Origin: a virus
Lineage: Duplodnaviria > Caudoviricetes
Strand: one strand, 5' to 3'
Virus record (IMG/VR): IMGVR_UViG_3300043010_000145
DNA length: 64,000 bases
Part shown: positions 17,973 to 28,541 of the stretch, piece after piece
Layout: the number at the start of each line of letters is the position of its first letter
Numbering within the stretch: position 1 is the stretch's first letter
Notes under the pieces: model-generated
Database searches by the model: none
What the model was told of the DNA's origin: nothing
Seen by the model: only the letters and a program-made list of their open reading frames with translations
Made by a program: the position numbers and the translations under genes

Positions 17973-19190
17973 ATGAATTTAGACTTAGAAAAGCAAGAAT
18001 CAAATTCCACAGATTCTTCTGTTATTACTGCTTCATTTGAAGAAAGTCCATTTGATGAAAATCCGTTTGCTGCTGAAAACTCCTATGTTCCAGCCGTTTC
18101 CGTAGACAAGGAACTAAGCAAACGAGATACTACTGTAATGGAAGCACCAGAGGAATACAAGGCACGCCTGAAACAACTTCCACAAGTACAAGAATTAACC
18201 AACAAAATTGATATCAACAATCCTCGTACTGTTGAAATGTTCGGTCAAGAAGCAGGAGACGGTATTAGTCGAGTTGCTGACAATATGTTAGCAAGTACAC
18301 GAGCCATTAAAACTTCTGAAATTACTGCAATGATGGACCAGTTATCCAATGTAATGAAGAAAGTAGATGCTTCTGAACTAGATTTAGATGACATGTCAGG
18401 CAAAAGAGGTTTCTTTGGTAAATTACGAATGAGAGCCAAAGAATCCTTAGAAGAATTGATTAACCGTTATGACAATGTAGGTAAAGAAGTAGATAAGATT
18501 GCCCAGATATTAAACGGGTATATGACTGACATTGACCAGACAAATAAAAATCTGCTGAAAATGTACGATGCCAATATGCAATTCTACAAACAGCTTGAAT
18601 GGTATATTGCTGCTGCTGATTGCGGATTAGATGAGTTGACTGCTGAAATTGACAAAGTAAATGCAGATACAACTAAACCAAACGAAGAAAAAAGTTTCTT
18701 AGTAAGCAAATATACAGAAGTAGCAAACCGTCTTGAACAAAGAAAAGTAGACTTACAAACTGCCGAAGTGGTATCTTTACAGTTGCAGCCTACAATTATG
18801 ATGATGATGTCTTCTAATTATCGTCTTATGGGTAAAATTAACACTTCCTTCATCATTACATTGCCTGTTTTCAAAATTGCTCTATCCAATGCAATTATGT
18901 TGAAACGACAAGAAATTGAAGCAAGAAGTATTGCACAATTAGATGCTACCACAAATGATTTCCTCGAAAGAAATGCAAAAAATACAGCAACTCAAACAAA
19001 AGCGATTGCTAAAATGGCAAATCAGACAGGTATTAAAATCGAAACTCTTGAAAAAGTACAAACTACAATCATTCAAGGTGCAGAAGAAACACAACAGATT
19101 ATTGCAGAAGCTTCTCGTAAACGTAAAGAAGATTCCGCTCAAATGGATAAGATGATTTACCAGATGAAACAAAAAGGTTTCGCACAGTAA
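17973..19190 (+). CDS. telA: Toxic anion resistance protein (TelA/YceH family)
   Basis: Coiled-coil; KINTSFIITLPVFK, TNDFLERNA motifs; follows YceG-like gene. Confidence 0.85.
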   Translation: MNLDLEKQESNSTDSSVITASFEESPFDENPFAAENSYVPAVSVDKELSKRDTTVMEAPEEYKARLKQLPQVQELTNKIDINNPRTVEMFGQEAGDGISRVADNMLASTRAIKTSEITAMMDQLSNVMKKVDASELDLDDMSGKRGFFGKLRMRAKESLEELINRYDNVGKEVDKIAQILNGYMTDIDQTNKNLLKMYDANMQFYKQLEWYIAAADCGLDELTAEIDKVNADTTKPNEEKSFLVSKYTEVANRLEQRKVDLQTAEVVSLQLQPTIMMMMSSNYRLMGKINTSFIITLPVFKIALSNAIMLKRQEIEARSIAQLDATTNDFLERNAKNTATQTKAIAKMANQTGIKIETLEKVQTTIIQGAEETQQIIAEASRKRKEDSAQMDKMIYQMKQKGFAQ

Positions 19191-19299
19191 ATTTTAAGCA
19201 AGGCAATTTCCCGCCTTGCTTTTTCTTTTTCAAAGATTTTTCCATTTCAAAAAAATCTATATTTAATAGAACAAATAAGAAAGGAAGATAAACCTATTT

Positions 19300-20535
19300 A
19301 TGAAACCTTATACACATCTTGTAATGGTAAATAATGATAAGAACAACTACAAATTCTATGATATGTATGTTGAGAATTATACGGTTCGTTGTGTTTATGG
19401 ACGAATTGGTGCTGGAAGACAACAGCAGAAAGTGTATTCCCTTAGTGAATTCGATAAAATATATAACTCTAAAATAAGAAAAGGATATGTAGACCAGACA
19501 GATTATGTTGTGGAATCCACATCACAGCAGCAAACGGTTCTAAATGAAGAAAAGAAAGAAAAAGTAAAGAACGAAGCCAAGGTAACAGATGAACAGATAG
19601 AACTCTGGTATTTTCTTAAAACTTTAACAGACAATGCCAATCGCCGAGTTTTCACCAATGTCGGAGCAATTAGCAGAGCGGGTATCCGTCATGCCAAAGA
19701 ATTGCTTGAAGAAATGAAATACCATGCCAGTAAAGGTGATGTAAATTCTTTTAATGAGTGCATTATGGAAATAATGGCTATTTGCCCAAGAAATGTATCA
19801 GGCAACGGACAATATGGTGTTCAATCTTGGTTGACAGATATTTCTTATGATGCAGATGTGCAAGCTCGAATGATGCAGAGAATCATAAATCGTGAGGAGA
19901 ACATTATTCTTTCCATGAGTTCTCAGCTTGCTTACAATAACAGCAGTATTATTGTCGATAACCAAGAAGTCGGGTATATCACAGATACGGTTAAAGAAGC
20001 TACACCATATCAAGAACAGATTGTTCGTAAACATCTGACCGATTCTTTAAACAAAAAAGTTTACAAAATCTATCGTGTCATTCCAGAAGAACAAGGCAAA
20101 AAATACAAATTCTATTGCGATAAGTATGATATTCACAAAAAGAAACTCTTATGGCACGGCAGCCGTAATGAAAACTGGTTGAGTATCATTGAAACTAGCT
20201 TATCATTAAATCCAAAAGCAAAAATCACAGGCCGAATGTTCGGAAATGGTATATACTTTGCTAACAATCCTCGTAAGAGTTTCGGGTATACATCTAGCGA
20301 AAGTGCCTATTGGACGAATGAACATAGTGATTATGCGATTATGGGTTTATATGAAACTGCTTATGGTAATCCGCACGATTGCTATGCACCACATCACTAT
20401 TCCCAAAGAGAATTAAATGCAGAACATAAGAATTGTGTACATGCACACAAAGGACAGTATCTCTACAATGATGAAATCATTTATTATGATGAAGATGCAA
20501 TTTGCTTGCAATATATCGTAGTTTTCTATGCCTAA
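19300..20535 (+). CDS. Bacterial PARP-like ADP-ribosyltransferase with WGR domain
   Basis: NNYKFY...YGRIG (WGR); LLWHGS, GRMFGNGIYFA, KSFGY, NDEIIYY (H-Y-E triad). Confidence 0.9.
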   Translation: MKPYTHLVMVNNDKNNYKFYDMYVENYTVRCVYGRIGAGRQQQKVYSLSEFDKIYNSKIRKGYVDQTDYVVESTSQQQTVLNEEKKEKVKNEAKVTDEQIELWYFLKTLTDNANRRVFTNVGAISRAGIRHAKELLEEMKYHASKGDVNSFNECIMEIMAICPRNVSGNGQYGVQSWLTDISYDADVQARMMQRIINREENIILSMSSQLAYNNSSIIVDNQEVGYITDTVKEATPYQEQIVRKHLTDSLNKKVYKIYRVIPEEQGKKYKFYCDKYDIHKKKLLWHGSRNENWLSIIETSLSLNPKAKITGRMFGNGIYFANNPRKSFGYTSSESAYWTNEHSDYAIMGLYETAYGNPHDCYAPHHYSQRELNAEHKNCVHAHKGQYLYNDEIIYYDEDAICLQYIVVFYA

Positions 20536-20548
20536 TATTCTTACATAG

Positions 20549-20602
20549 AAGAGTAAGTACTCACTTACTCTTTTTTTCGTTTCTACAAGAACTGTTCGCC
20601 CG
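20549..20602 (+). repeat. ~54-bp direct repeat, copy A (includes terminator), left of RM cassette
   Basis: AAGAGTAAGTACTCACTTACTCTTTTTTTCGTTTCTACAAGAACTGTTCGCCCG repeated at 24294-24346. Confidence 0.9.
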
Positions 20603-20744
20603 CTTCTTCGGGAAAGGACTTGCTTTGTTGTATAATAGTAATAGAAATATTGTTAGGTAAGCATACTCTAACTCATACCAATTGTATGTTGCACTGAGTA
20701 TAGGCATGACCTTGAAATGTTTAACATTAGAGAGGGTATTAGCT

Positions 20745-21758
20745 ATGAAGATAAATAATCGAAGATATACGGGAAGTAAGTATAAATTAATGCCATGGAT
20801 TAAAGAATTAATTCTTGAAAACTGTTCTGAGCATAACACTTTATTTGATGTATTTGGTGGAACTGGTGTTGTTACTGCTGAACTTCTAGATGTTTTTAAT
20901 AGTGTAACAATAAATGATTTTCTTTTTTCAAATGAAGTTATTTATAAGGCTTTTTTTGGAAAGGATATCTATGATGAACAGAAATTATACGAGTATGTAA
21001 GAAAGTATAATTCATTGGATACAGATAAAATTGAAGATAATTATGTCTCTTTAAATTATGGAGGTAAGTATTTTCAGTATACTGATGCTAAGGTTATAGG
21101 GGAAATAAGGGAAGATATCGAGTCTGAGTATGTGCAGAAAAATATTAATACTCGTGAATACAATATTTTGCTTGCATCTTTACTGTATTCTTTTGATAGA
21201 TGTGCTAATACAGTAGGACATTATGAAGCTTATATTAAAGGAAAAGAGATTCCAAAAAAATTTTCTTTTAATTTGATTGAACCTTTACACATTGAAAATG
21301 AAATAACAATTTATCGTTCTGATGCAAATGAGCTAGCATCTTTGATTACAGCAGATGTTGCTTTTATTGACCCACCTTATAATAGTAGGCAATATTCTCG
21401 TTTTTATCATGTTATGGAGACAATTACGAAATGGGATAAGCCCAAACTTACAGGTGAGGCCATGAAACCACCAGTTGAAAATATGTCTGATTATTGTAGA
21501 AGTACAGCTCCTAGTGTTTTTGCGGATTTAATAGGAAAAATACAGGCCAAATATATTGTTGTTACTTACAACAATACTTATAATTCAAAAAGTACATCTT
21601 CTAGAAATAAGATTTCGTTAGAACAGATAAAAGATATTCTAGATACAAGGGGTAAAACGAAAGTGTATGAAAAAGCATATCATAGGTTTAATGCAGGTAA
21701 AACCGATACGAAAGGGCATAAAGAGTATGTCTTTATAACAGAGGTGTACGCTGAATGA
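20745..21758 (+). CDS. N6-adenine DNA methyltransferase (D12 class), M1 of a type IIS RM system
   Basis: RRYTGSKYKL, DVFGGTG, DPPY; GAGG RBS before ATG 20745. Confidence 0.85.
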   Translation: MKINNRRYTGSKYKLMPWIKELILENCSEHNTLFDVFGGTGVVTAELLDVFNSVTINDFLFSNEVIYKAFFGKDIYDEQKLYEYVRKYNSLDTDKIEDNYVSLNYGGKYFQYTDAKVIGEIREDIESEYVQKNINTREYNILLASLLYSFDRCANTVGHYEAYIKGKEIPKKFSFNLIEPLHIENEITIYRSDANELASLITADVAFIDPPYNSRQYSRFYHVMETITKWDKPKLTGEAMKPPVENMSDYCRSTAPSVFADLIGKIQAKYIVVTYNNTYNSKSTSSRNKISLEQIKDILDTRGKTKVYEKAYHRFNAGKTDTKGHKEYVFITEVYAE

Positions 21759-22672
21759 AAGACAATGTTTTACGTTCTCCGTTCTTTTATGTTGGTGATA
21801 AGTATAAATTGATGCCACAACTAAGAGAACTTTTTCCTAAGGATATTGATACCTATGTTGAGCCATTTGTTGGGGGTGGTAGTTCTTTCTTAAATGTAAC
21901 TGCAAAACATTATGTCGTGAATGACATTGATGCGAGCATAATTGAGTTACATAAATGGCTAACTTCCTATAAAGGAAAGGACGAGCAACTCTTAAATTTG
22001 CTATATGAACATATAGATAAATATGGTTTATCTTGTTCTTACAAAGGTATTTGTGTGCCAAATGAACTAAAGAAGAAATATGTTAAGACTTATTATTCAC
22101 ATTATAATCGTGAAGCATATCAAACTATGAAGAATGATTATAATAAAGAGAGCAGTACAGACCTTTTGTATCTTTTGTTAATTTATGGTTTTAATCATAT
22201 GATTAGGTTTAATAAGTCTGGTGAGTTTAATGTTCCAGTGGGGAATTTAGACTTCAATAAGAATGTCTTTAATGCAATACAAGGATATTTGAGTTTTATG
22301 ACTCAGAATATTGTAGAGTTCTATAACATGGATTTTATGGCATTTTTAGAACAGGTAAAGTTGAATGAACATTCTTATGTGTATCTTGACCCACCTTATT
22401 TAATCACAGGTTCTGAGTATACTAAATATTGGAATGAAAGTGAAGAAATAAGATTATGCAAATATTTAGATTTTTTGAACGATAAAGGCATAAGGTTTGG
22501 TATTACTAATCTTATTAACCATAAAGGAAAATTGAATGAAATATTCCTAAAATGGTCGAAAAAGTATTATGTTTATAATATTAATAGTAACTATATTAGT
22601 TTTAACGATAATACTGTGAAAAAAGAATCTAAGGAGGTATTTGTAACAAATTATGGCAAAAAGGAAATTTAA
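21755..22672 (+). CDS. Dam-family N6-adenine methyltransferase, M2
   Basis: SPFFYVGDKYKL, EPFVGGG, RFNKSGEFNVP, DPPY. Confidence 0.85.
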   Translation: MKDNVLRSPFFYVGDKYKLMPQLRELFPKDIDTYVEPFVGGGSSFLNVTAKHYVVNDIDASIIELHKWLTSYKGKDEQLLNLLYEHIDKYGLSCSYKGICVPNELKKKYVKTYYSHYNREAYQTMKNDYNKESSTDLLYLLLIYGFNHMIRFNKSGEFNVPVGNLDFNKNVFNAIQGYLSFMTQNIVEFYNMDFMAFLEQVKLNEHSYVYLDPPYLITGSEYTKYWNESEEIRLCKYLDFLNDKGIRFGITNLINHKGKLNEIFLKWSKKYYVYNINSNYISFNDNTVKKESKEVFVTNYGKKEI

Positions 22673-24218
22673 GCCTCTATCGTTTTCTACAACAATTCGA
22701 AATCCAGAAAGAATTCCTAAATTTTTAGCTTGTATATTACCGTATGAGAATGAAATACTTACATCAGAGATTATACATGAAATTGTTAAGATGCTTATAC
22801 GAGAGAAAGAATATAGACCGAGATATATTTTAGAAAATGATGAATTAAAAGCAATATATAAGGATTCAGATAAGACATATTCAGATAAGCAAATTGAAAC
22901 TATAATTAAGTATTCACCACAGAAACATAAAGAGGCTGGGTTTAAAAGTGGGTGGGATTCTAGATTTGATACATGGTATAAGATGTTAAAGGAACTTGGA
23001 TTTATAAAATATAAAATGGGTGCACCAATACAAATTACTGAAACTGGACATATGCTTATTGATGACTTCAACGATTCGTCCTCGAATAGCACAAAAACAA
23101 GATTAGTGTTCTTAAATGCATTAATGAAATACCAAACAAATAACCCACTTAGAAAAATCTCAAATGAAAATGCACCTTTGCCTTTACTATTAAATGTTCT
23201 GAAATATTTTAAAGAAGATGAAGAAGAAACAGATGCAGGTATTGCACGCCAAGAATTACCTATACTTATTTGTTGGACAAATAATGATGCAAAGGCAGCT
23301 TATCTTTATATAAAGAATATGCGGAAAGAGGTAGGTTTTAAGTATTCTGACGAGTATATTTATGATAAGTGTCTTTCTATTTTAGGTAATAATAATAAGA
23401 AATATTTGAAAATGAGTAAGATATGTCATGAATCTGTGGACGAATATATACGCAAAATGAGAATGACAAATCTAGTTTCTTTAAGAGGAAATGGTAGATT
23501 TTTAGATATTAATAGTTTTGAATGGGCTACTGTAAATTATATAATTGAAAATTACACAGATTACCTAAAATATGAGGATGAGGACACGTATATTGAATAT
23601 ATGTGTACCATAGATAGTAAGCTATTTAAGTTTGATGCACCACAACAGTCAAATAGTGCTGATGTTAAACAAAAGACACTATATAAGTATGCATCTACTT
23701 TAAGTACTGATGTTGTGCAAAAAGAACTTAAATTATTGTGCAAAAAGCAAGAGAGTACAAATGAGCTTTTCCGTTTTATTCCACCAGCAACTCGTTTGGA
23801 ATTCTTAACAAGTATTGTATTAGTCCAATGCTTTAAGTCATTAGATGTTAAGCCAAATTATGCTGTTGATGACGAGGGCTTACCTACATTTACTGCTGGC
23901 GGTGGCCTTGCAGATATAGAGTGCACCAGTAAAGATTACACAGGGTATGTTGAGGTAACATTACAATGTAGCAAAGTTAATCAAGTAAATAATGAGATAA
24001 TACCTATTTCTAGACATTTATTAGAAGCTAAACAGAATCATGAACAGCCTATGTTTACTATTTTATTAGCACCTAATATTCATTCAGATACAAAAGAAGC
24101 AGCTGATTGGCAAAGATATAAGTATGGTGCGGATATAAGAACTGTGGCTATGCCTGAGTTTTTAGATACTATACATAACAACAAAGATATAGAACTTGAA
24201 CAGGTTGGGAAACAGTAA
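22653..24218 (+). CDS. AlwI-family type IIS restriction endonuclease
   Basis: PLSFSTTIRNPERI, DDEGLP...GGGLADIEC...VEVTL; paired with two MTases. Confidence 0.8.
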   Translation: MAKRKFKPLSFSTTIRNPERIPKFLACILPYENEILTSEIIHEIVKMLIREKEYRPRYILENDELKAIYKDSDKTYSDKQIETIIKYSPQKHKEAGFKSGWDSRFDTWYKMLKELGFIKYKMGAPIQITETGHMLIDDFNDSSSNSTKTRLVFLNALMKYQTNNPLRKISNENAPLPLLLNVLKYFKEDEEETDAGIARQELPILICWTNNDAKAAYLYIKNMRKEVGFKYSDEYIYDKCLSILGNNNKKYLKMSKICHESVDEYIRKMRMTNLVSLRGNGRFLDINSFEWATVNYIIENYTDYLKYEDEDTYIEYMCTIDSKLFKFDAPQQSNSADVKQKTLYKYASTLSTDVVQKELKLLCKKQESTNELFRFIPPATRLEFLTSIVLVQCFKSLDVKPNYAVDDEGLPTFTAGGGLADIECTSKDYTGYVEVTLQCSKVNQVNNEIIPISRHLLEAKQNHEQPMFTILLAPNIHSDTKEAADWQRYKYGADIRTVAMPEFLDTIHNNKDIELEQVGKQ

Positions 24219-24293
24219 GTTCTAATATTGTTTAAATCAAAGTTTTCCTATATTTCCTATTCGTGCAGAGTGTATTTCTACTTCTATTCCATA

Positions 24294-24346
24294 AAGAGTA
24301 AGTACTCACTTACTCTTTTTTCGTTTCTACAAGAACTGTTTGCCCG
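24294..24346 (+). repeat. ~54-bp direct repeat, copy B, right of RM cassette
   Basis: Matches 20549-20602 with one indel and one substitution. Confidence 0.9.
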
Positions 24347-24411
24347 TATTTTTGGAAAAAATATGGAAACTAGTATAATAAAAGCATAGAGAAGAAAGGA
24401 CGGTTTGAAAT

Positions 24412-25110
24412 ATGCTTAATTTCACCGAATCTGCATCAAGCGGTTTTAGTGGCAATTCTGCCTTAGACCTTGATATTACAAAACAAGACTTATCTTTGGA
24501 CCTTTCCAAAACTCCTACATACTTAAATAAAATTTATGTTGGTGCTTCTTGGGATGCTCCAATTTTTGACTCACAGGGGGAAAGTTATGACCTTGACCTT
24601 ATCGCTGTATTCCTGAATGCAAATGGAAAACTGCTAGGTTTCAATCGTGCCAATGTACAAACAGCTATTAAGGGTATGCTTTGGTATCACAATCCAACAG
24701 CTCCGGGTATGCGATTCACAACTGGCGACAACCTAACAGGTTCTAGTGCACAAAATCGTATGAATACTGCAACAGATGATGAGGAAATTGAAATCTGTTT
24801 GAACGAAGTTCCAGCAGATTTGTGCAAAATTGTCTTCTGGATTGACATTAACGAAATCAGAGGAACAGGCCCTGCTATGTATAAACTGAGCCAAACGTTC
24901 GGACAAATCGAAAATGCACGAATTACTGTCTATGACGAAAATAAAAATGTACTGGCTCGTTTAAATCTGAATCAGGACTATGTAACAGACACAGCAGTTT
25001 GTGCGGGACAGTTAGAAAGAACACCGTCAGGCTGGGAATACAATGTTGTAGATGCTAAAAATCGTCATGGTATTTTTGATGTAAACGGCATTTGGCAGCA
25101 ATACATCTAA
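24412..25110 (+). CDS. terD: TerD-family stress protein
   Basis: VGASWD, DLDL, GDNLTG...DDEEIEI, FGQIENA. Confidence 0.85.
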   Translation: MLNFTESASSGFSGNSALDLDITKQDLSLDLSKTPTYLNKIYVGASWDAPIFDSQGESYDLDLIAVFLNANGKLLGFNRANVQTAIKGMLWYHNPTAPGMRFTTGDNLTGSSAQNRMNTATDDEEIEICLNEVPADLCKIVFWIDINEIRGTGPAMYKLSQTFGQIENARITVYDENKNVLARLNLNQDYVTDTAVCAGQLERTPSGWEYNVVDAKNRHGIFDVNGIWQQYI

Positions 25111-25129
25111 TTTTGAATGAGGAAACTTT

Positions 25130-25768
25130 ATGAGCATGTTAGACCTTGACCTCACAAAAGTTGAGGGTATCGACCTTACCAAAGGTGATTTATTAGACTT
25201 ATCCAAAGGTGGCTTAGAGACACACAAGTTACGAGTCGGAGCTGGCTGGAACTGTGTTGAGCGAGAAATGGGTTCTTTTATGGGCTTTCTGTTTGGCAAA
25301 ACACAAATGCTAGACGTAGACCTTGACCTTATTGCTGTTCTTGAAGATAAAAATGGCAGAGAACTCGAACGAGTTTACTTCAACCATAAGACGGATAGAC
25401 ACAATGCTATCCGTTTGGATAAAGATGACCGCCAAGGAGAAGCGGTAAGAATCAACATCGACTACCGTTGTACAAATACTTGCAAAGATACAGAAAACAT
25501 GACCGTTATCTTATCTAACTTGCCTGACAATGTACAGCATGTACGATTTGCCGTAGCCATTTATGATGAAAATACATTCCGTGATGTTCCACAAGCTTAT
25601 TGCAAACTTGTAGATGAAACAGAAGGACGGGTATTATGTAGTTTCAAAATGTCCGAAGACGGCGGAAGAAACAAGTCCATTCGTATGCTGACTTTACATA
25701 GAGCTGGCACAAGCTGGACTTTGGAAGCTATTGGTGAATACACACCAAATCGTTGGAACAATGTGTAA
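25130..25768 (+). CDS. TerD/TerZ-family stress protein
   Basis: VGAGW, DVDLDL, VYFNH, DDRQG, WTLEAIGE. Confidence 0.8.
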   Translation: MSMLDLDLTKVEGIDLTKGDLLDLSKGGLETHKLRVGAGWNCVEREMGSFMGFLFGKTQMLDVDLDLIAVLEDKNGRELERVYFNHKTDRHNAIRLDKDDRQGEAVRINIDYRCTNTCKDTENMTVILSNLPDNVQHVRFAVAIYDENTFRDVPQAYCKLVDETEGRVLCSFKMSEDGGRNKSIRMLTLHRAGTSWTLEAIGEYTPNRWNNV

Positions 25769-25797
25769 TTCATAGATACAGAAAGGAAAATAGATTT

Positions 25798-28431
25798 TTG
25801 ACAAAAGAAAATTACGGCTTGACCACCGAGCAAGCCGCAGAGAGCAAGAAGAAATACGGGACGAATGCTCTTTCTGTTAAAGAAGGCGACAGTTTCTGGA
25901 AAATCTACTTAGGTACTTTTGAAGATACTTGGATTCGTATTCTCTTAGCTGCTGCAATTATCGACTTATTGATTTATGTACTTGGTATTTTCTGGCCTCA
26001 GTATTTCTCTGGGGATTTAATTGAAGTTGCTGGTGTAGTATTTGCTATGCTTCTTTCTACGGGAGTTTCTGCTCTGACAGAATGGAAGAACAACAAGCAA
26101 TACAACACACTGCAAGCAGAAGCAAGTAAAATCAAGACAAAAGTATATCGTGACGGGGAACTTCACGAAATGCTTATTGACGACCTTGTAAAAGGAGATG
26201 TAGTTCTGCTTCAAGCAGGCGACCAAGTACCAGTTGACGGTTTAATTCTGAAAGGTTCTTGCGAAGTTTCACAGGCTGCCTTGAACGGAGAAAGTGAACC
26301 ATGCAAGAAAGAAGTAGCACCTGAAACCTTAGACCGAGATACGATTGATGAAGATTATGTCAATCCATACTGGGTATATCGTGGTTCTGTTATTACAGAA
26401 GGTGAAGTACTTGTCGAAGCTCGTGTAATTGGTGATTCTACTGTATTAGGTACGATTGCTGATGCCATTGGCGAGAAAACAAAACCTAGTCCGTCTGCTG
26501 AAAAAATGGACAAACTGGCTGGTTCTATTGGTAAATTAGGCTTATACGGTGCAACATTAGCTGTTATTGCTAACATTGTCATTACTCTTATGAGTGCGGA
26601 CTTATCTACTTATACAATCGGTTCTTATCTGTCCTTGGGTATTGCTAACTTAATGCTCTTTGTTGCTATTATCATTATGGCTGTACCAGAAGGTTTGCCA
26701 ATGATGAACAGCCTTGTTGCAAGTATGAACTGTGGACGAATGATTAAAGAAAATGTACTCGTTCGCCATGCAGAATCCATTGAAACAACAGGGTATATGA
26801 ATGTATTGTTCTCTGATAAAACAGGAACAATTACAAAAGGGCAACTCGAAGTAGTAGATATCATTGATGTAAACGGAAATGTAGTTCCAGCTGCTGACCG
26901 TATCAACCAAGATAATGTGATTGCACAAGAACTTGTAAAAGGACTTGGCTTGAACAATGATGCTATGGAAGCAGACGGAAAAGCTATTGGTTCTAACGGT
27001 ACTGACCGTGCATTACTGAACTTCTTGATTGAAAATGATAAATATGAAACTCTTGACCGTTCCCTTGTTGGCGAAAAAGAACCATTCACATCTGCTACAA
27101 AATGTGCAAGAGTGCATACACCAGACGGTATTTATTGGAAAGGTGCACCAGAAGCTGGCTTAGAAGTTGCTAAATATTGCATGTACGATGATGGTGTAAT
27201 TAAACCATTGAACAATCATCGTATGGAACAGATTACAAAAGCAATGAAAGACCAAATGGGCAGAGCCATGCGACTGCTTCTGATTATGAAAGAAACACCG
27301 GGCTTTGAATCACCTATCTTCTTGGGTATCGTATGTATTCGTGATGAAGTTCGTCCTGATGTAGTTCATACTGTTGAGCAAATGAACACAGCAGGCTGTG
27401 CCGTTGTTATGGTTACAGGTGATTCTGCTGATACTGCACAAGCTATTGCAAGAGATGCTGGCATTTTAAAACACGAATCTGATGTAGTTTTAACTTCCAA
27501 ACAACTCGCTGCCATGTCAGATGATGAAGTAAAAGAAGTATTACCATTCCTTCGTGTTGTAAGTCGTGCTAGACCAATGGATAAACGTAGATTAGTCCAG
27601 CTTGCCCAAGACATCGACATGGTTTGCGGTATGACGGGTGATGGTGTCAATGATGCTGCCGCTTTATCTGCTGCTGATGTTGGCTTTGCTATGGGTGACG
27701 GAACTTCTGTTGCAAAAGATGCTTCTGACATCGTTATTGTTGACAACTCTCTGACTTCTATTGGAACTGCTATGAAATATGGTCGTACTATGACAAAATC
27801 AGTCCAGAAATTCTTGATTTTCCAGCTGACTGTCAATATTACAACTATTCTGATGAATGTACTTGCACCATTCTTAGGCTTCTCCGAACCATTTACAATC
27901 GTGCAAATTCTCTGGATTAACTTAATTATGGATACACTGGCTGCTCTTGCTTTTGGTGAAGAACCAGCCTTAGACAGATATATGGACGAGAAACCAGTTT
28001 CCCGCAATGCTTCTGTATTAACACATTACATGAAGTCCTCTATTGGAACTGCTGCTATCTATATCGCTGTTATTTCTGTATTAGGTTACTGCACAAACTG
28101 GCTGAATACTTATCTGTCAATCAGTACAGACAAGGGTATTCGTAGTTTTGTATTCTGCACATTCATCTATGCAGTAATCTTCAATGCATTCAATACTCGC
28201 TCTTCCGATTACAACATCTTCGAGGGTATTACGAAAAACAAGAAGTTCCTCTATGTAATGGGTTCTATCTTTGTTCTGCAAACTCTCTTAATCTATGTAG
28301 GCGGAGCCGTATTCGGTACTGTACCAATGGATGCTCAAACATTGCTTGCAAGCATTGGACTTGGTTTCTTAATTATTCCAGTTGATATGGTTAAGAAATT
28401 TATCTATAAACACTTTGTAAGCGAAGAATAA
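25798..28431 (+). CDS. Ca2+-transporting-type P-type ATPase (likely TTG start at 25798)
   Basis: NGESEP, AVPEGLP, DKTGT, KGAPE, MVTGD, TGDGVND, QILWINLIMDT; GAAAGGA RBS. Confidence 0.9.
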   Translation: MTKENYGLTTEQAAESKKKYGTNALSVKEGDSFWKIYLGTFEDTWIRILLAAAIIDLLIYVLGIFWPQYFSGDLIEVAGVVFAMLLSTGVSALTEWKNNKQYNTLQAEASKIKTKVYRDGELHEMLIDDLVKGDVVLLQAGDQVPVDGLILKGSCEVSQAALNGESEPCKKEVAPETLDRDTIDEDYVNPYWVYRGSVITEGEVLVEARVIGDSTVLGTIADAIGEKTKPSPSAEKMDKLAGSIGKLGLYGATLAVIANIVITLMSADLSTYTIGSYLSLGIANLMLFVAIIIMAVPEGLPMMNSLVASMNCGRMIKENVLVRHAESIETTGYMNVLFSDKTGTITKGQLEVVDIIDVNGNVVPAADRINQDNVIAQELVKGLGLNNDAMEADGKAIGSNGTDRALLNFLIENDKYETLDRSLVGEKEPFTSATKCARVHTPDGIYWKGAPEAGLEVAKYCMYDDGVIKPLNNHRMEQITKAMKDQMGRAMRLLLIMKETPGFESPIFLGIVCIRDEVRPDVVHTVEQMNTAGCAVVMVTGDSADTAQAIARDAGILKHESDVVLTSKQLAAMSDDEVKEVLPFLRVVSRARPMDKRRLVQLAQDIDMVCGMTGDGVNDAAALSAADVGFAMGDGTSVAKDASDIVIVDNSLTSIGTAMKYGRTMTKSVQKFLIFQLTVNITTILMNVLAPFLGFSEPFTIVQILWINLIMDTLAALAFGEEPALDRYMDEKPVSRNASVLTHYMKSSIGTAAIYIAVISVLGYCTNWLNTYLSISTDKGIRSFVFCTFIYAVIFNAFNTRSSDYNIFEGITKNKKFLYVMGSIFVLQTLLIYVGGAVFGTVPMDAQTLLASIGLGFLIIPVDMVKKFIYKHFVSEE

Positions 28432-28507
28432 GCCAAATACAAACAACCGTGTGCAACAGCACACGGTTTTCTTTTTGCACAATTCTAAAATTTCTTTCTA
28501 TTTTTAG

Positions 28508-28536
28508 TTGACAACACTTTATACATACTATATACT
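28508..28536 (+). promoter_or_regulatory. Near-consensus sigmaA promoter
   Basis: TTGACA-17 nt-TATACT. Confidence 0.75.
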
Positions 28537-28541
28537 ATGAG

